The notes under the pieces were generated by a model. The model made no database searches and was not told the origin of the DNA. It worked only from the letters and a program-made list of their open reading frames with translations. Shown one piece after another: positions 52,880 through 64,000 of a stretch of DNA of 64,000 nt. The position numbers were made by a program, and so were the translations under genes. Every line of letters starts with the position of its first letter. Position 1 is the first letter of the stretch. The DNA is from Macrostomum lignano (lineage: Eukaryota), in assembly GCA_002269645.1 (NCBI GenBank), contig NIVC01002975.1, forward strand, positions 63,999 through 127,998, written 5' to 3'.

Positions 52880-55800
52880 AATTTTATGTTTGACATGGTG
52901 GCTCTTTAATGTTTGATTCGGGGTTTTTTAATGTCTGACATGGTGTCTCTTTATTGTTTGACATAGTGGCTCTTTCATGTTTGACATTGTGGCTCTTTAA
53001 TGTTTGACATGGTGGCTCTTTTATGTTTGACATTGCGGCTCTTTAATGTTTGACATGGTGGCTCTTTAATGTTTGACATGGTGGCTCTATACTGTTTGAC
53101 ATGGAGTCACATATATGTTTGACATGGTGGCTCTTTTATGTTTGACATGGTGGCTCTTTTATGTTTGACATGGTGGCTCTTTAATGTTAGACATGGTGGC
53201 TCTTTAATGTTCGACATGGTGGTTCTTTTATATTCGACATGGTGGCTCTTTAATGTTCGACATGGTGGCTCTATAATGTTAGACATGGTGGCTCTTTAAT
53301 GTTTGACATGGTGGCTCTTTAATGTTTGAAATGGTGGCTCTTTAATGTTCGACATGGTGACTTTATAATGTTAGACATGGTGGTTCTTTAATGTTCGACA
53401 TGGTGGCTCTTTAATGTTCGACATGGTGACTCTATAATGTTAGACATGGTGGTTCTTTAATGTTCGACATGGTGGCTCTTTAATATTAGACATGGTGGCT
53501 CTTTAATGTAAGACATGGTGGCTCTTTAATGTTAGACATGGTGGCTCTTTAATGTTTGACATGGTGGCTCTTCTATGTTTGACATGATGGCTCTTTAATG
53601 TTCTTCATGGTAGCTCTTTAATGTTTGACATGGAGTCACGAATATACTTGACATGATGACTCGTTAATGTTCGACATGGTGGCTCTATAATGTTAGACAT
53701 GGTGGCTCTTTAATGTTTGACCTGGTGGCACCTTATTGTAATGATGGCTCTTTAATGTTTGAAATGGTGGCTCTTTAATGTTAGACATGGTGCCTCTTTA
53801 ATTTTTGATATGGTGGCTCTTTAATGTTAGACATGGTGGCTCTTTAATGTTAGACATGGTGGCTCTTTAATGTTCGACATGGTGGCTCTTTAATTTTTGA
53901 CATGGTGGCTCTTTAATGTTAGACATGGTGGCTCTTTAATTTTTGACATGGTGGCTCTTTAATGTTGACCTGGTGGCACTTTACTGTCTGCAATGATGGC
54001 TCTTTAGTGTTTGACTTGATGGCTCTTTAATGTCTGACATGGAGTCACATATATGTTGGACATGGTGGCTCTTTAATGTTCGACATGGTGGCTCTTCAAT
54101 GTTTTACATGGTGGCTCTTTTCTGCTTGACATGGTGGCTTTTTTATGCTTGACATGGTGGCTCTTTTATGTTTGACATAAAGTCACATATATGTTTGACA
54201 TGGTGGCTCTTTAATGTTTTACATGGTGGCTCTTTTATGTTTGACATGGTGGCTGTTTAATGTTCGACGTGGTGGCTCTTTAATGTTTGACATAAAGTCA
54301 CATATATGTTTGACATGGTGGCTCTTTAATGTTCGAAATGGTGGCTCTTCAATGTTCGAAATGGTGGCTCTTCAATGTTTGAAATGGTGGCTCTTTTATG
54401 TTTGACATGGTGGCTCTTAAATGTTTGACATGGTGGCTCTTAAATCTTTGACATGGTGGCTCTAAATGTTTGAAATGGTGGCTCTTTAATGTTCGACATG
54501 GTGGCTCTTTAATGTTCTACATGGTAACTCTTTTATGTTTGATACGGTGGCTTTTTAATGTCTGACATGTTGTCTCTTTTATGTTTGACATGGTGGCTCT
54601 TTAGTGTTCGACAAAGTGGCTCTTTTATGTTTGACATGCTGGCTTTTAATTGTTTGACATGGTGGCTCTTTAATGTTCGAAATGGTGGCTCTTTAATGTT
54701 TGACATAAAGTCACATATATGTTTGACATGGTGGCTCCTAAATTTTTGACATGGTGGCTCTTTATGTTTGACATGGTGGCTCTTTAATGTTCAAAATGGT
54801 GGCTCTTAAATGTTCGAAAGGGTGGCTTTTTAATGTTCGAAATTTTGGCTCTATTATGTTTGACATGGTGGCTCTTAAATGTTTGACATGGTGGCTCTTT
54901 AATGTTTTACATGGTGGCTCTTTTATGTTTGACATGGTGGCTGTTTAATGTTCGACGTGGTGGCTCTTTAATGTTTGACATAAAGTCACATATATGTTTG
55001 ACATGGTGGCTCTTTAATGTTCGAAATGGTGGCTCTTCAATGTTCGAAATGGTGGCTCTTCAATGTTTGAAATGGTGGCTCTTTTATGTTTGACATGGTG
55101 GCTCTTAAATGTTTGACATGGTGGCTCTTAAATCTTTGACATGGTGGCTCTAAATGTTTGAAATGGTGGCTCTTTAATGTTCGACATGGTGGCTCTTTAA
55201 TGTTCTACATGGTAACTCTTTTATGTTTGATACGGTGGCTTTTTAATGTCTGACATGTTGTCTCTTTTATGTTTGACATGGTGGCTCTTTAGTGTTCGAC
55301 AAAGTGGCTCTTTTATGTTTGACATGCTGGCTTTTAATTGTTTGACATGGTGGCTCTTTAATGTTCGAAATGGTGGCTCTTTAATGTTTGACATAAAGTC
55401 ACATATATGTTTGACATGGTGGCTCCTAAATTTTTGACATGGTGGCTCTTTATGTTTGACATGGTGGCTCTTTAATGTTTGACATGGTGGCTCTTTAATG
55501 TTCAAAATGGTGGCTCTTAAATGTTCGAAATGGTGGCTCTTTAATGTTCAAAATGGTGGCTCTTAAATGTTCGAAATGGTGGCTCTTTAATGTTTGAAAT
55601 TTTGGCTCTATTATGTTTGACATGGTGGCTCTTAAATGTTTGACATGGTGGCTCTTTAATGTTTTACATGGTGGCTCTTTTATGTTTGACATGGTGGCTG
55701 TTTAATGTTCGACGTGGTGGCTCTTTAATGTTTGACATAAAGTCACATATATGTTTGACATGGTGGCTCTTTAATGTTCGAAATGGTGGCTCTTCAATGT

Positions 55801-56460
55801 TCGAAATGGTGGCTCTTCAATGTTTGAAATGGTGGCTCTTTTATGTTTGACATGGTGGCTCTTAAATCTTTGACATGGTGGCTCTAAATGCTTGAAATGG
55901 TGGCTCTTTAATGTTCAACATGGTGGCTCTTTAATGTTCTACATGGTAACTCTTTTATGTTTGATACGGTGGCTTTTTAATGTCTGACATGTTGTCTCTT
56001 TTATGTTTGACATGGTGGCTCTTTAGTGTTCGACAAAGTGGCTCTTTTATGTTTGACATGCTGGCTTTTAATTGTTTGACATGGTGGCTCTTTAATGTTC
56101 GAAATGGTGGCTCTTCAATGTTTGAAATGGTGGCTCTTCAATGTTTGAAATGGTGGCTCTTTTATGTTCGACATGGTGGCTCTTTTTAGGTTTGACATGG
56201 TGGCTCTTAAATGTTTGATATAGTGGCTCTTTAATGTTCCACATGGTGGCTCTTTAATATTTGACATAAAGTCACATATATGTTTGACATTGTGGCTCCT
56301 AAATGTTTGACATGGTGGCTCTTAATGTTTGACATGGTGGCTCTTAAATGTTTGACATGGTGGCTCTTTAATGTTTGACATGGTAGCTCTTTTATGTTTG
56401 ACATGGTAACTCTTATGTTCGATATGTTGGCTCTTCTATGTTTGACATTGCGCTTCTTTG
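52880..56460. repeat. 22-23-bp satellite (TTTGACATGGTGGCTCTTTAATG) with ~690-760-bp higher-order repeats
   Basis: Directly visible; identical translated blocks recur at 54214/54902/55659 and 54558/55246/55980. Confidence 0.97.
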
Positions 56461-56514
56461 ATGTTTAGCAGTTTTGTTGTGTTTTTAAAGTGTTTTAATA
56501 AAAAAAATCTTTTT

Positions 56515-56579
56515 GCACTACTAAGATTCGAACCCAGGTCGCTACATTAGCATTCCAGTCTGTTCGCATCAGGGCTATC
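56515..56579 (-). other. tRNA-derived sequence (B-box GGTTCGAATC)
   Basis: Clear B-box, weak A-box, followed by A/T runs; not a convincing tRNA gene. Confidence 0.35.
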
Positions 56580-57151
56580 TCTTTTCAATTGGAGAACATG
56601 AATTGTGGCCCTTATAATTCAATTCTTACAGCAAGTCAATTGGAGTAAAAAGTTATGACATAATCAATTTCTCAGTCAGCCAGTATCAGTCTCAATTTAA
56701 GTTAGCAATATGGTTACGCAATTTAAATCAAGTTGTGTGTGCATTTCTTCAGCACTGTTTTCAACTTGTTGTGATGCAATCTTTATCACAATCGGAATTC
56801 AGTCAGTCAGTTTTTTCTCTAGCATTCTTACAATGCATTTCAGGTCGAAAGAGCTGCTTGACCTTTGCAAAAAAGCATGTTTTTCGAATATTTAATCCCT
56901 TTAACATTGAGCAATTTCTTAGCCAAGATGCATGTACCGTCCCAGGAAAATTTTTGATCGAATGGTGCAAGTTTGAAGAAAATCGGTTGAGTTTATTTTT
57001 CTGAAATCTATCGCATACCCACATACCCACAGACAACTCATTTTTAGTATATAGGAAATCTAGGCATGGGCTAAGCTATAAAAAGTAAAAATATATTAAT
57101 ATTAAAGCTTATTCATTATTGTCTTGAAATAGAATTACATTTATTACTAGA

Positions 57152-57937
57152 GGCTCATTCCATATAAGCATGGTCGTAACATGACAGGCTATTTTTACTT
57201 ATAAAATGAAATATAATAATAGAATATACTAAACCAATATTTTAAATGAAAGATAATTTTGTCAAAAATATTTTTATAGAGTTTCATGTAGATATCATCA
57301 TTAGTATAGATGCTATTAAACCTTGAATGGCACTTATGGTCGTAACAACAGGATTTTTGACATATAGAAACTAAAAGGTAAAAGTCTTATAACATTTTTA
57401 TTTTTGATATTTTGCTGTACATTTTTTAAAATTTGACTCAGAACATCTTTAGAAATCATACTCTTTTTGTAGAATATATAAACTCAAAAAGGCAACAAAG
57501 ATACAAAAGAAAAGGCAGCCTTATGGTTGTAACATTATGGTCGTAACATTTTTTTTCTGTCAATTCAGTAACTTTGAGGTACCAATATATTAAAAATATA
57601 ATAGATTATTTGGTCACCAATACTTTTATCTGATGATGCAAGTACTATACTTTTATCTATAGTTTGTTTCAACCTTCCAAAGCTTTCTATTTGTTTTTAA
57701 AAGGTACACAAACTTAATGATGTCTTTTGCTTAGAAAAATGTCTAAATTTTTACAAAAATGACTTTTTGCCACTTGATAACATACTAATCTAACATTTTA
57801 TCATTCATTTATTCTTAGATTGTAGATATTACACATAAAAAACATTTGGTAAAAAAATTGGCTGATAAGGCAATGGCAAGCAAAAATATTGACTTTTTTC
57901 TATTTTCCAAAAATGTCCATCTTATATGGAATGAGCC
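57152..57937. mobile_element. Non-autonomous DNA transposon (MITE), 786 bp
   Basis: TIRs GGCTCATTCCATATAAG..ATGG / CCAT..CTTATATGGAATGAGCC, flanked by TAGA on both sides (57148-57151, 57938-57941). Confidence 0.85.
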
Positions 57938-58391
57938 TAGAACTAAAGCTTTATATAAAAGAATAATCTATATAAAAGGCTAAGCCTATAAAACTAAAAT
58001 GCCATATTTAAAGACATGTTGGCTATGTTTATAATAAAAAAATACATATAAACAATGATCATTCCTCTAATAATAATTAAGTCCATGCTACAATATAGAC
58101 ATGGCTAGACCATTGTGCCTTTGCCTATAATATTAGAGCTTTATAGACATGGTGGCCATATCTTAAACAATATCTAGAATGTCTCTCAGTAGAAATAGCA
58201 GCCATGTTAATGAAGTCTATATAGTATTAGTAGCTATATCATTAATGAATTTATACTTAAAGACATACCATAGTCAGGAAGGTGGCATGTGTATACTAGA
58301 ATTAAATGTGGGAAGAAGTCTCTATGTATGCCAAATATGCTAAAAATTGGAATTGACTAGGCCTATTATTTATAACAAAAGTTTAAAATTA

Positions 58392-59079
58392 GGCACTGCT
58401 TATCCCCACGGTACCATAGGAATAATTTCTGTCTTATTCCAACGGTACCATGCGATTAATTTTCTGCTTATCCGCATGGCACACTGAGGAGATAGCTGCC
58501 CTATCTTCTACATATGCCGTGCGAATAATTTTCTGCTTATCCGCACGGCACACTGACGAGATAGCTGCCCATCTTCTACATATGCCGTGCGAATAATTTT
58601 CTGCTTGTCCACAATATGAATATGAATCATGCGAATTCAAATGAGTAGTAAAATTCTACGGAAGCGGCAATGGACTATATAAATCACGGCGAGATCAGAT
58701 TAGACTTTGCTAAAAATTTAAATAATAAACAATTCTTAGAGTTAATTTAATTTAAATCATTTGTTACTACACAAAAAAATTCTTTCTCATAGAAAAAATC
58801 TTTATTTCTTTAGAACAAATGTTCAAGCCAAGTTATGTTGTTATACTGCACTCAAATCGTATGTACTAAACTTCCCACAACACGGCATATGTAGAAGATA
58901 GGGCAGCTATCTCGTCAGTGTGCCGTGCGGATAAGCAGAAAATTATTCGCACGGCATATGTAGAAGATAGGGCAGCTATCTCCTCAGTGTGCCGTGCGGA
59001 TAAGCAGAAAATTATTTGCACGGTACCGTTGGAATAAGACAGAAATTATTCCTACGGTACCGTGGGGATAAGCACTGCC
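58392..59079. mobile_element. PIF/Harbinger-like MITE, 688 bp, with ~198-bp internally repeated TIRs
   Basis: GGCA..TGCC termini, TTA target duplication (58389-58391, 59080-59082); TIRs 58392-58589 and 58881-59079. Confidence 0.9.
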
Positions 59080-59818
59080 TTAAAATTATGCAACTTTACT
59101 TTTGTGCTGCAACAATAATAGACCTTTTTTCTATTGTTACATTTGATATTTATATATAACAAAATAAGTGTTGTGTCTATTTTTCCTTTATAAATAATTT
59201 GTAGTTACATACTTGTGCAAAGTTCTGATACTTAAATTCTTTAAATCATTATATTTTTATATCCAATTAATATTTATTCTTTTTTTTATTTGCACTCCCA
59301 TCATCCGTCATCTCTTAACTGCAACCTTTTTCTTTGAAATGTTTTATCTTTGTTATAGAAACTTGCACTTATTTTCAAATAGCTTTGTATACCACTTTTT
59401 ATATGCTAAAAAAGTGGTTTGCTTTGTATAAAATATGCCAAATAATTTTTTTTAAGATTTAAGCATGCCAAACATGCATACCAAATGAACTATGAAGGGC
59501 TAATGCACACTGGAATTTTCAAGCAAAAAGGGCACCTTCCTGACTATGAAAAACATAGGCCTAGAGGGTGGCTATGTCCCTATTAGGCCTAGGCCTATAC
59601 AATCCATTCAACATTGGAAACAGTGGCAGTCTCTTTATTGCCAAAAATTAAAGCAATTGTACCATATGTGCTTACAACATACATGGCACTAGCAGATGTG
59701 CCTATAAGCTTGAACCTTATAGACATAGTTGCCATTTCTAAAATGAATAGCCTAAGTACTCCAAAACTAAAAATCAATCAATGTTGCCAATGTATAAGAA
59801 CAATATTTTACAACTTAC

Positions 59819-60217
59819 ATGACAGACTTGGCAACAAAGAACAACAGCACAAGGGCTGTAAGAACACACAAAATCACTGCACTTTTTAGTAGTGTTTGTT
59901 TGTTTTCTAGAACAAAAGAGTTTACTTTATTATTCCACGTTGCTGTTGGATAAATAGCTGGAACTGGAACGGATGATGTTGGATTAACATAATAGGTAGT
60001 AGATTTCATCCAAGGCGAGCTCATAGTGTTGAAAGGACTAGGCGATAGTTTAGTCATAATTATTTTATAAATAATAGGAATGACTAGGTCCTTACTCCTA
60101 GGATTAGGATACTTATTTTGCCCAGGCCCTATATATCAAGTCAAGACCAAGAACAAAAACACAGCAATTAACTCCGGACAACAGAAGATTTTCTATTCTA
60201 AAAATGACTATATCAAC
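59819..60217 (-). pseudogene. FAM174: FAM174-family exon 2 (signal peptide, stalk, TM helix) with three premature stops
   Basis: With AT (60293-60292) + GTGAGT, a 74-bp intron and acceptor ..cctgcTAG, the frame reads M-LI*SFLE*KIFCCPELIAVFLFLVLT*YIGPG...TLLKSAVILCVLTALVLLFFVAKSVM. GTAAGT donor at 59818 is in phase with the last exon; total 188 codons, no frameshift. Confidence 0.75.
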
Positions 60218-60291
60218 CTAGCAGGACAAATAGGTTTATTACCACAGGATCGCAGTGAAAATTTTTGTAAATTTAGTTCAAACTGACTCAC

Positions 60292-60588
60292 ATGCTTTGA
60301 ATGTTATTCGACAACGCAGCGGCGTGGTTGTGCGTTATAAATTCATAAATAAACGAAAATTTTGAGGTTTATTATTTTGTTTTAAAAAAATTATAAATAT
60401 TTTTTTGCGCGAAAAGTTATACATAACACGATAAACTAAGAACAAATGTCAAAAATTTGTTATAACTTAGTCGTAGCTAGCGAGCACGAAGTAAATTTAA
60501 TTTCATTTTTTTGTGAGATTTTAGTAACATTTAGAACTGTAAGAATTTACATCACAGTCTTTTTTCTTGGATTTTTGTATATGGTGCC
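60292..60588. promoter_or_regulatory. Probable bidirectional promoter between FAM174 (minus) and dynein (plus)
   Basis: Inferred starts are ~300 bp apart head-to-head; CpG content returns here. No transcript evidence. Confidence 0.45.
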
Positions 60589-63500
60589 ATGAGCAGCAAC
60601 GAAAAACTCCCCCCAATCGCGGGGAGAAACGATCTAATGGAAAGCATGATGTGAAAAGCAAATCCGGAGTTGAAGAGGGTGAATTCGCCGCTCTTAATTT
60701 GCATAACTACCGCCTGGCCGACAAGAAAAGAGATCAGTTGCAACAGTTCTTGTAAGTGACATTATTTGGTGGTTAAAGCTTGACTTTTGCTGCCCCAGTT
60801 GATAAATTTTAGTGTTTAATCGATACTTTGATCCTTTTCTGTTTAGATCGTTGATCTGCATTTCAATTTTGCACTATTTATCTAACTATCAAATTTACAT
60901 ATATGTATTTAGAAACTTAGACATCTATATATATGCTTAATTGGTTATAAGTTGTATTTTACTTGCAACCTAAAACATTGGATGTGGCCTTAATAATGGT
61001 ACGTTGGATTTCACCAAAAATATTAGATTCTAAAACTGTGAATTTACTCTATATTAACAGGGTATATTTTGTACATACTGCAACATTCTTTCTCTGAACG
61101 CAATTTGCAGTAATTTATTGTTAAGTATCAAAAATTTATACTCAAACATTTTGGGGTATCTAAATTTCATATCTGAAAAATTATATTTTAACTCTAATCT
61201 CATTTTTAATTAGAATCGAGAGGGCGCTGAAAACACAGCACGAAATGAAGTATGACAACAAAGATCTGTCGAAACCAACTCCGCCGGAGTATCCACAGGA
61301 GGTGCGCCTTTCCACTGTGTTTTATTTTGGCTTGAGATGATTTTCAATCTCTGCAAATACTTGTCTTGCTTATAGAACTTTAGCTAGGCAAAAAACTACT
61401 TTTCAGATGATGAGCGATGACAGAAAAGTGCGATTAAACTACGAATTCCTACGAAAGTGCGTTGAAAGCAGCCCGATTCCGCCCATGTCGCCGGAATGGC
61501 TGGTCAACATAAAGCACAAGATTGCCGAACATCTTCGCGAAGGCAAGGACGATTTTCTGAACGAAGTGCTGGCTGAAGTAAATCAGAACTTTGACACAAG
61601 CATGAAGAAATCTCTTGGTGAGTAATTCAAAATTTTTAAACTAAAACCCGCTTGAAAGGGGTTGCTTTCAATGCAGATTATCTAATTTTACGAGCTGAAA
61701 CATCGATTTTAGTTCAACTGTCTCTGAAGAAGCCTGATGTCCCTGGCCTGGAGGACGATGATCTAGTGGAACCGTCAGAGGAACCAGTGTAGGTCATCAA
61801 CTTTAATTTAACTGATCACTGAGAGAATTTAAGTAAGCCTAGCCTAGAAGCCTAAAATTTAAGTAAGCGATTTCGAACTCAATAAAATTTTCAGAGGACT
61901 CGATTTCTCAAAGGAGTGGCACGAGAGTTTCGTAGCGAATAAGCGAGAAATTTCTTACCGGCTGATGATTCTGTATCCACAAATGCCAAAGCTGCTGGAG
62001 CTGTGCCAGCGTGAGCTCGGCCAGCAGATAATTCTGGACTTGGCTGAGTACAAGGCCGAAAGCCCCATGGAGTTTGAGACATTGCGCACAAATGTTACCT
62101 ACGAATGCGAAAAGATGGAAGAGCGATTACTCGGCCACTGGTACCGGGAGGTGATGAAGATCTTCTCTGAACGCACAACTTCAGTGCTTCGTGTGGACCT
62201 TCAGGAGCCGTTCTACAGCTGCGTAACCACTCTCATGTCAAACCAGCTCAAGCTGCTCAAAGAGGAAACCGTCAATGCGTGGGTTCTCCTCTTTGATGAG
62301 GAGCAGCGCTTCAGGCTGCCGCAGCTCAACATGTTCCTGTCCTTCCAAGATCGCCAAATGAGCGTCGATCCAGAGTACGCGGTGTACGAGGACCTCCTAC
62401 TCTCGGTTGTAGATGAGGTGAACAAGAGCCTAAGCTCGATTCCCACAGTGAGCTCGCAGCTGTCAGCCACGCCGAATGTGAACGTCCCGACGGAGCTGGC
62501 GGAGCACATCGTGCAGTTGGCCAAAGCCAAACTAAAATCCGCTGCTGCGCGCTACTTTGAAAGCGTAGAGAACAGCCTCAGGTCGTACCACGAGCGGTAC
62601 GATTACCTGGTCGACGGTACGGCCAACTCTCGAGTAGAGAAGTTCCTAACGAGGAACACACGTTCGCCGAGTACTGCGAGCTGATCGAAGAGTATCGCGC
62701 CATCTCGTACGCCATTCGGCGTAATCCAACCATAGAGTTCTACGATCTCATCCGGCTGAACGTCGAGGAGCTGAAGAACGGCCTCGCCGAAGTGGCTCAG
62801 GGCTACGCGACCGCCTGCTGGAGCGGGTGGTGCGTGACCACCGTGCTGAGAACACAAAAATCTGCCAGCAGTTCGACTACGTCAAGGCCAGAGCTCAGAA
62901 GAAACCGGAGACCAGCGAGGAGCTCATGGAGATGATTAAATTTATGGAGCAAGCTCGTAGCACTGGCATGGTGACGCTGAATGAGAAGATCAAGGAATCA
63001 CAAAACCGCCTGCAGTACTTGCTGGACGTCTGGATCTTCAACGACGACGATCTCCAGCTGAACAGTGAAGTCCTGACTTGGCCGAAGAGGATCTCGCCAA
63101 TCTTCGATGAAAACGAGACGGTAAGTAGCTGCTGAATATGATAAATTAAAGTACGCATTGAGTTACTTTGCTTCAATCAAATAACTCTTCCAGCTGCAAG
63201 AGGAGTCCAAGACTCAAGGTGAGAAGCTTCTGATTGAGCGCAAGGAGAAGCTAATTGCCGAGTTGCAGCGCATCCGCAACCGAGTGGATGAATTCAACGA
63301 CTACGGCGAGATGGATCTCGAGATCATGAGCCAGTACGTGCAGGACGTCAACAAAGTTCAGCAGCGCCTGGACACCGCTCGGGCCGACTCCGAGTGGATC
63401 AACAAGGAGGAGCAGTTGTACAAGTACCCGGTGACACCATTCCCAGATATCGACGACTTGACTAACCTGATGCAGCCGTTCCTTAGCATTTTTAAGAACA

Positions 63501-64000
63501 CATTCCGATACTTGAATAAGGAGAACCAGTAAGTGCATGAAATAGTGTTTATCGAACCATGGAAATACTTTAGCGTAATGTTTTATCTCTCTCTTCAGGT
63601 GGCTGAAAGGTGAATTCCTCGCCCTGGATGCCGAGCGCATTGCCGAAGAGGTGGATGAAATTAGCCGCGAAATTTTCCGCGTCTCCAAGGTGTTCAACAA
63701 CGGCTGAAGAAGATGCAGGCCGAAAAGGAAGAGCGGGAGCGCGAGAAGAAGAAGAGAAAGAAGCTGGAGGAAGACACTCAAGGTGAGGGTGGCGAGGAGG
63801 AAAAAGATGATGAAGAGGAAGTTAAGCCGCCCGCTGCACTGGAATTTGCAACACTCTAACGGAGAAGTATCCGCGAGTTCAAGGAGAAGATCAACGTCAT
63901 CGAATCTGTGCAACCCGGGCATCCGCAGCGTCACTGGGAAAAAATGTCAGCATCTGCGGATTCGACATCACCCCGGATTCTTGGAACAACTTTAATCAAG
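60589..64000 (+). CDS. DNAH7: Axonemal inner-arm dynein heavy chain (DNAH7-like), 5' part, with several single-base frameshifts
   Basis: Exons ~60589-60751, 61214-61301, 61407-61617, 61713-61788, 61895-63120, 63194-63528, 63599->64000, all GT-AG with consistent phases. WINKEEQLYKYPVTPFP, WLKGEFLALDAE, LCNPGIR..HWEKMS..GFDITPDS match the DNAH7-type tail as recalled. -1 shifts near 60622, 62649, 62808, 63700 and several after 63840. Confidence 0.85.

Overview
Eukaryotic (animal) genomic DNA with GC-rich exons and introns crowded with mini- and microsatellites. The style suggests a Macrostomum-like flatworm, but that is an impression I cannot confirm here. Left to right: (1) a young non-LTR retrotransposon (APE endonuclease-RT-RNase H, minus strand) running off the left edge; (2) a 4-exon Bcl-2/Bax-family gene (minus, 16308-4782); (3) the small-RNA 2'-O-methyltransferase HEN1/HENMT1 (minus, ~27389-25220) with an in-frame 10-aa repeat insert; (4) ZNF330/NOA36 (minus, 2 exons, 47350-32490); (5) a FAM174-family gene (minus, 60293-49180) whose middle exon has three nonsense codons; (6) a Ty3/gypsy gag relic with a tandem array of tRNA-Leu primer-binding sites and two MITEs, all inside the FAM174 intron; (7) the 5' part of a DNAH7-like axonemal dynein heavy chain (plus, from ~60589, running off the right edge) head-to-head with FAM174. 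About 25 tandem-repeat arrays are present. The most striking unexplained signal is a sharply bounded ~11 kb domain (~49340-60250). Its older sequence is almost free of CpG, and two independent reading frames (FAM174 exon 2 and gag) each carry three stop codons derivable by C->T or G->A with no frameshift. This suggests local, possibly RIP-like, C-to-T hypermutation. Counts were made by eye; no database searches were run.
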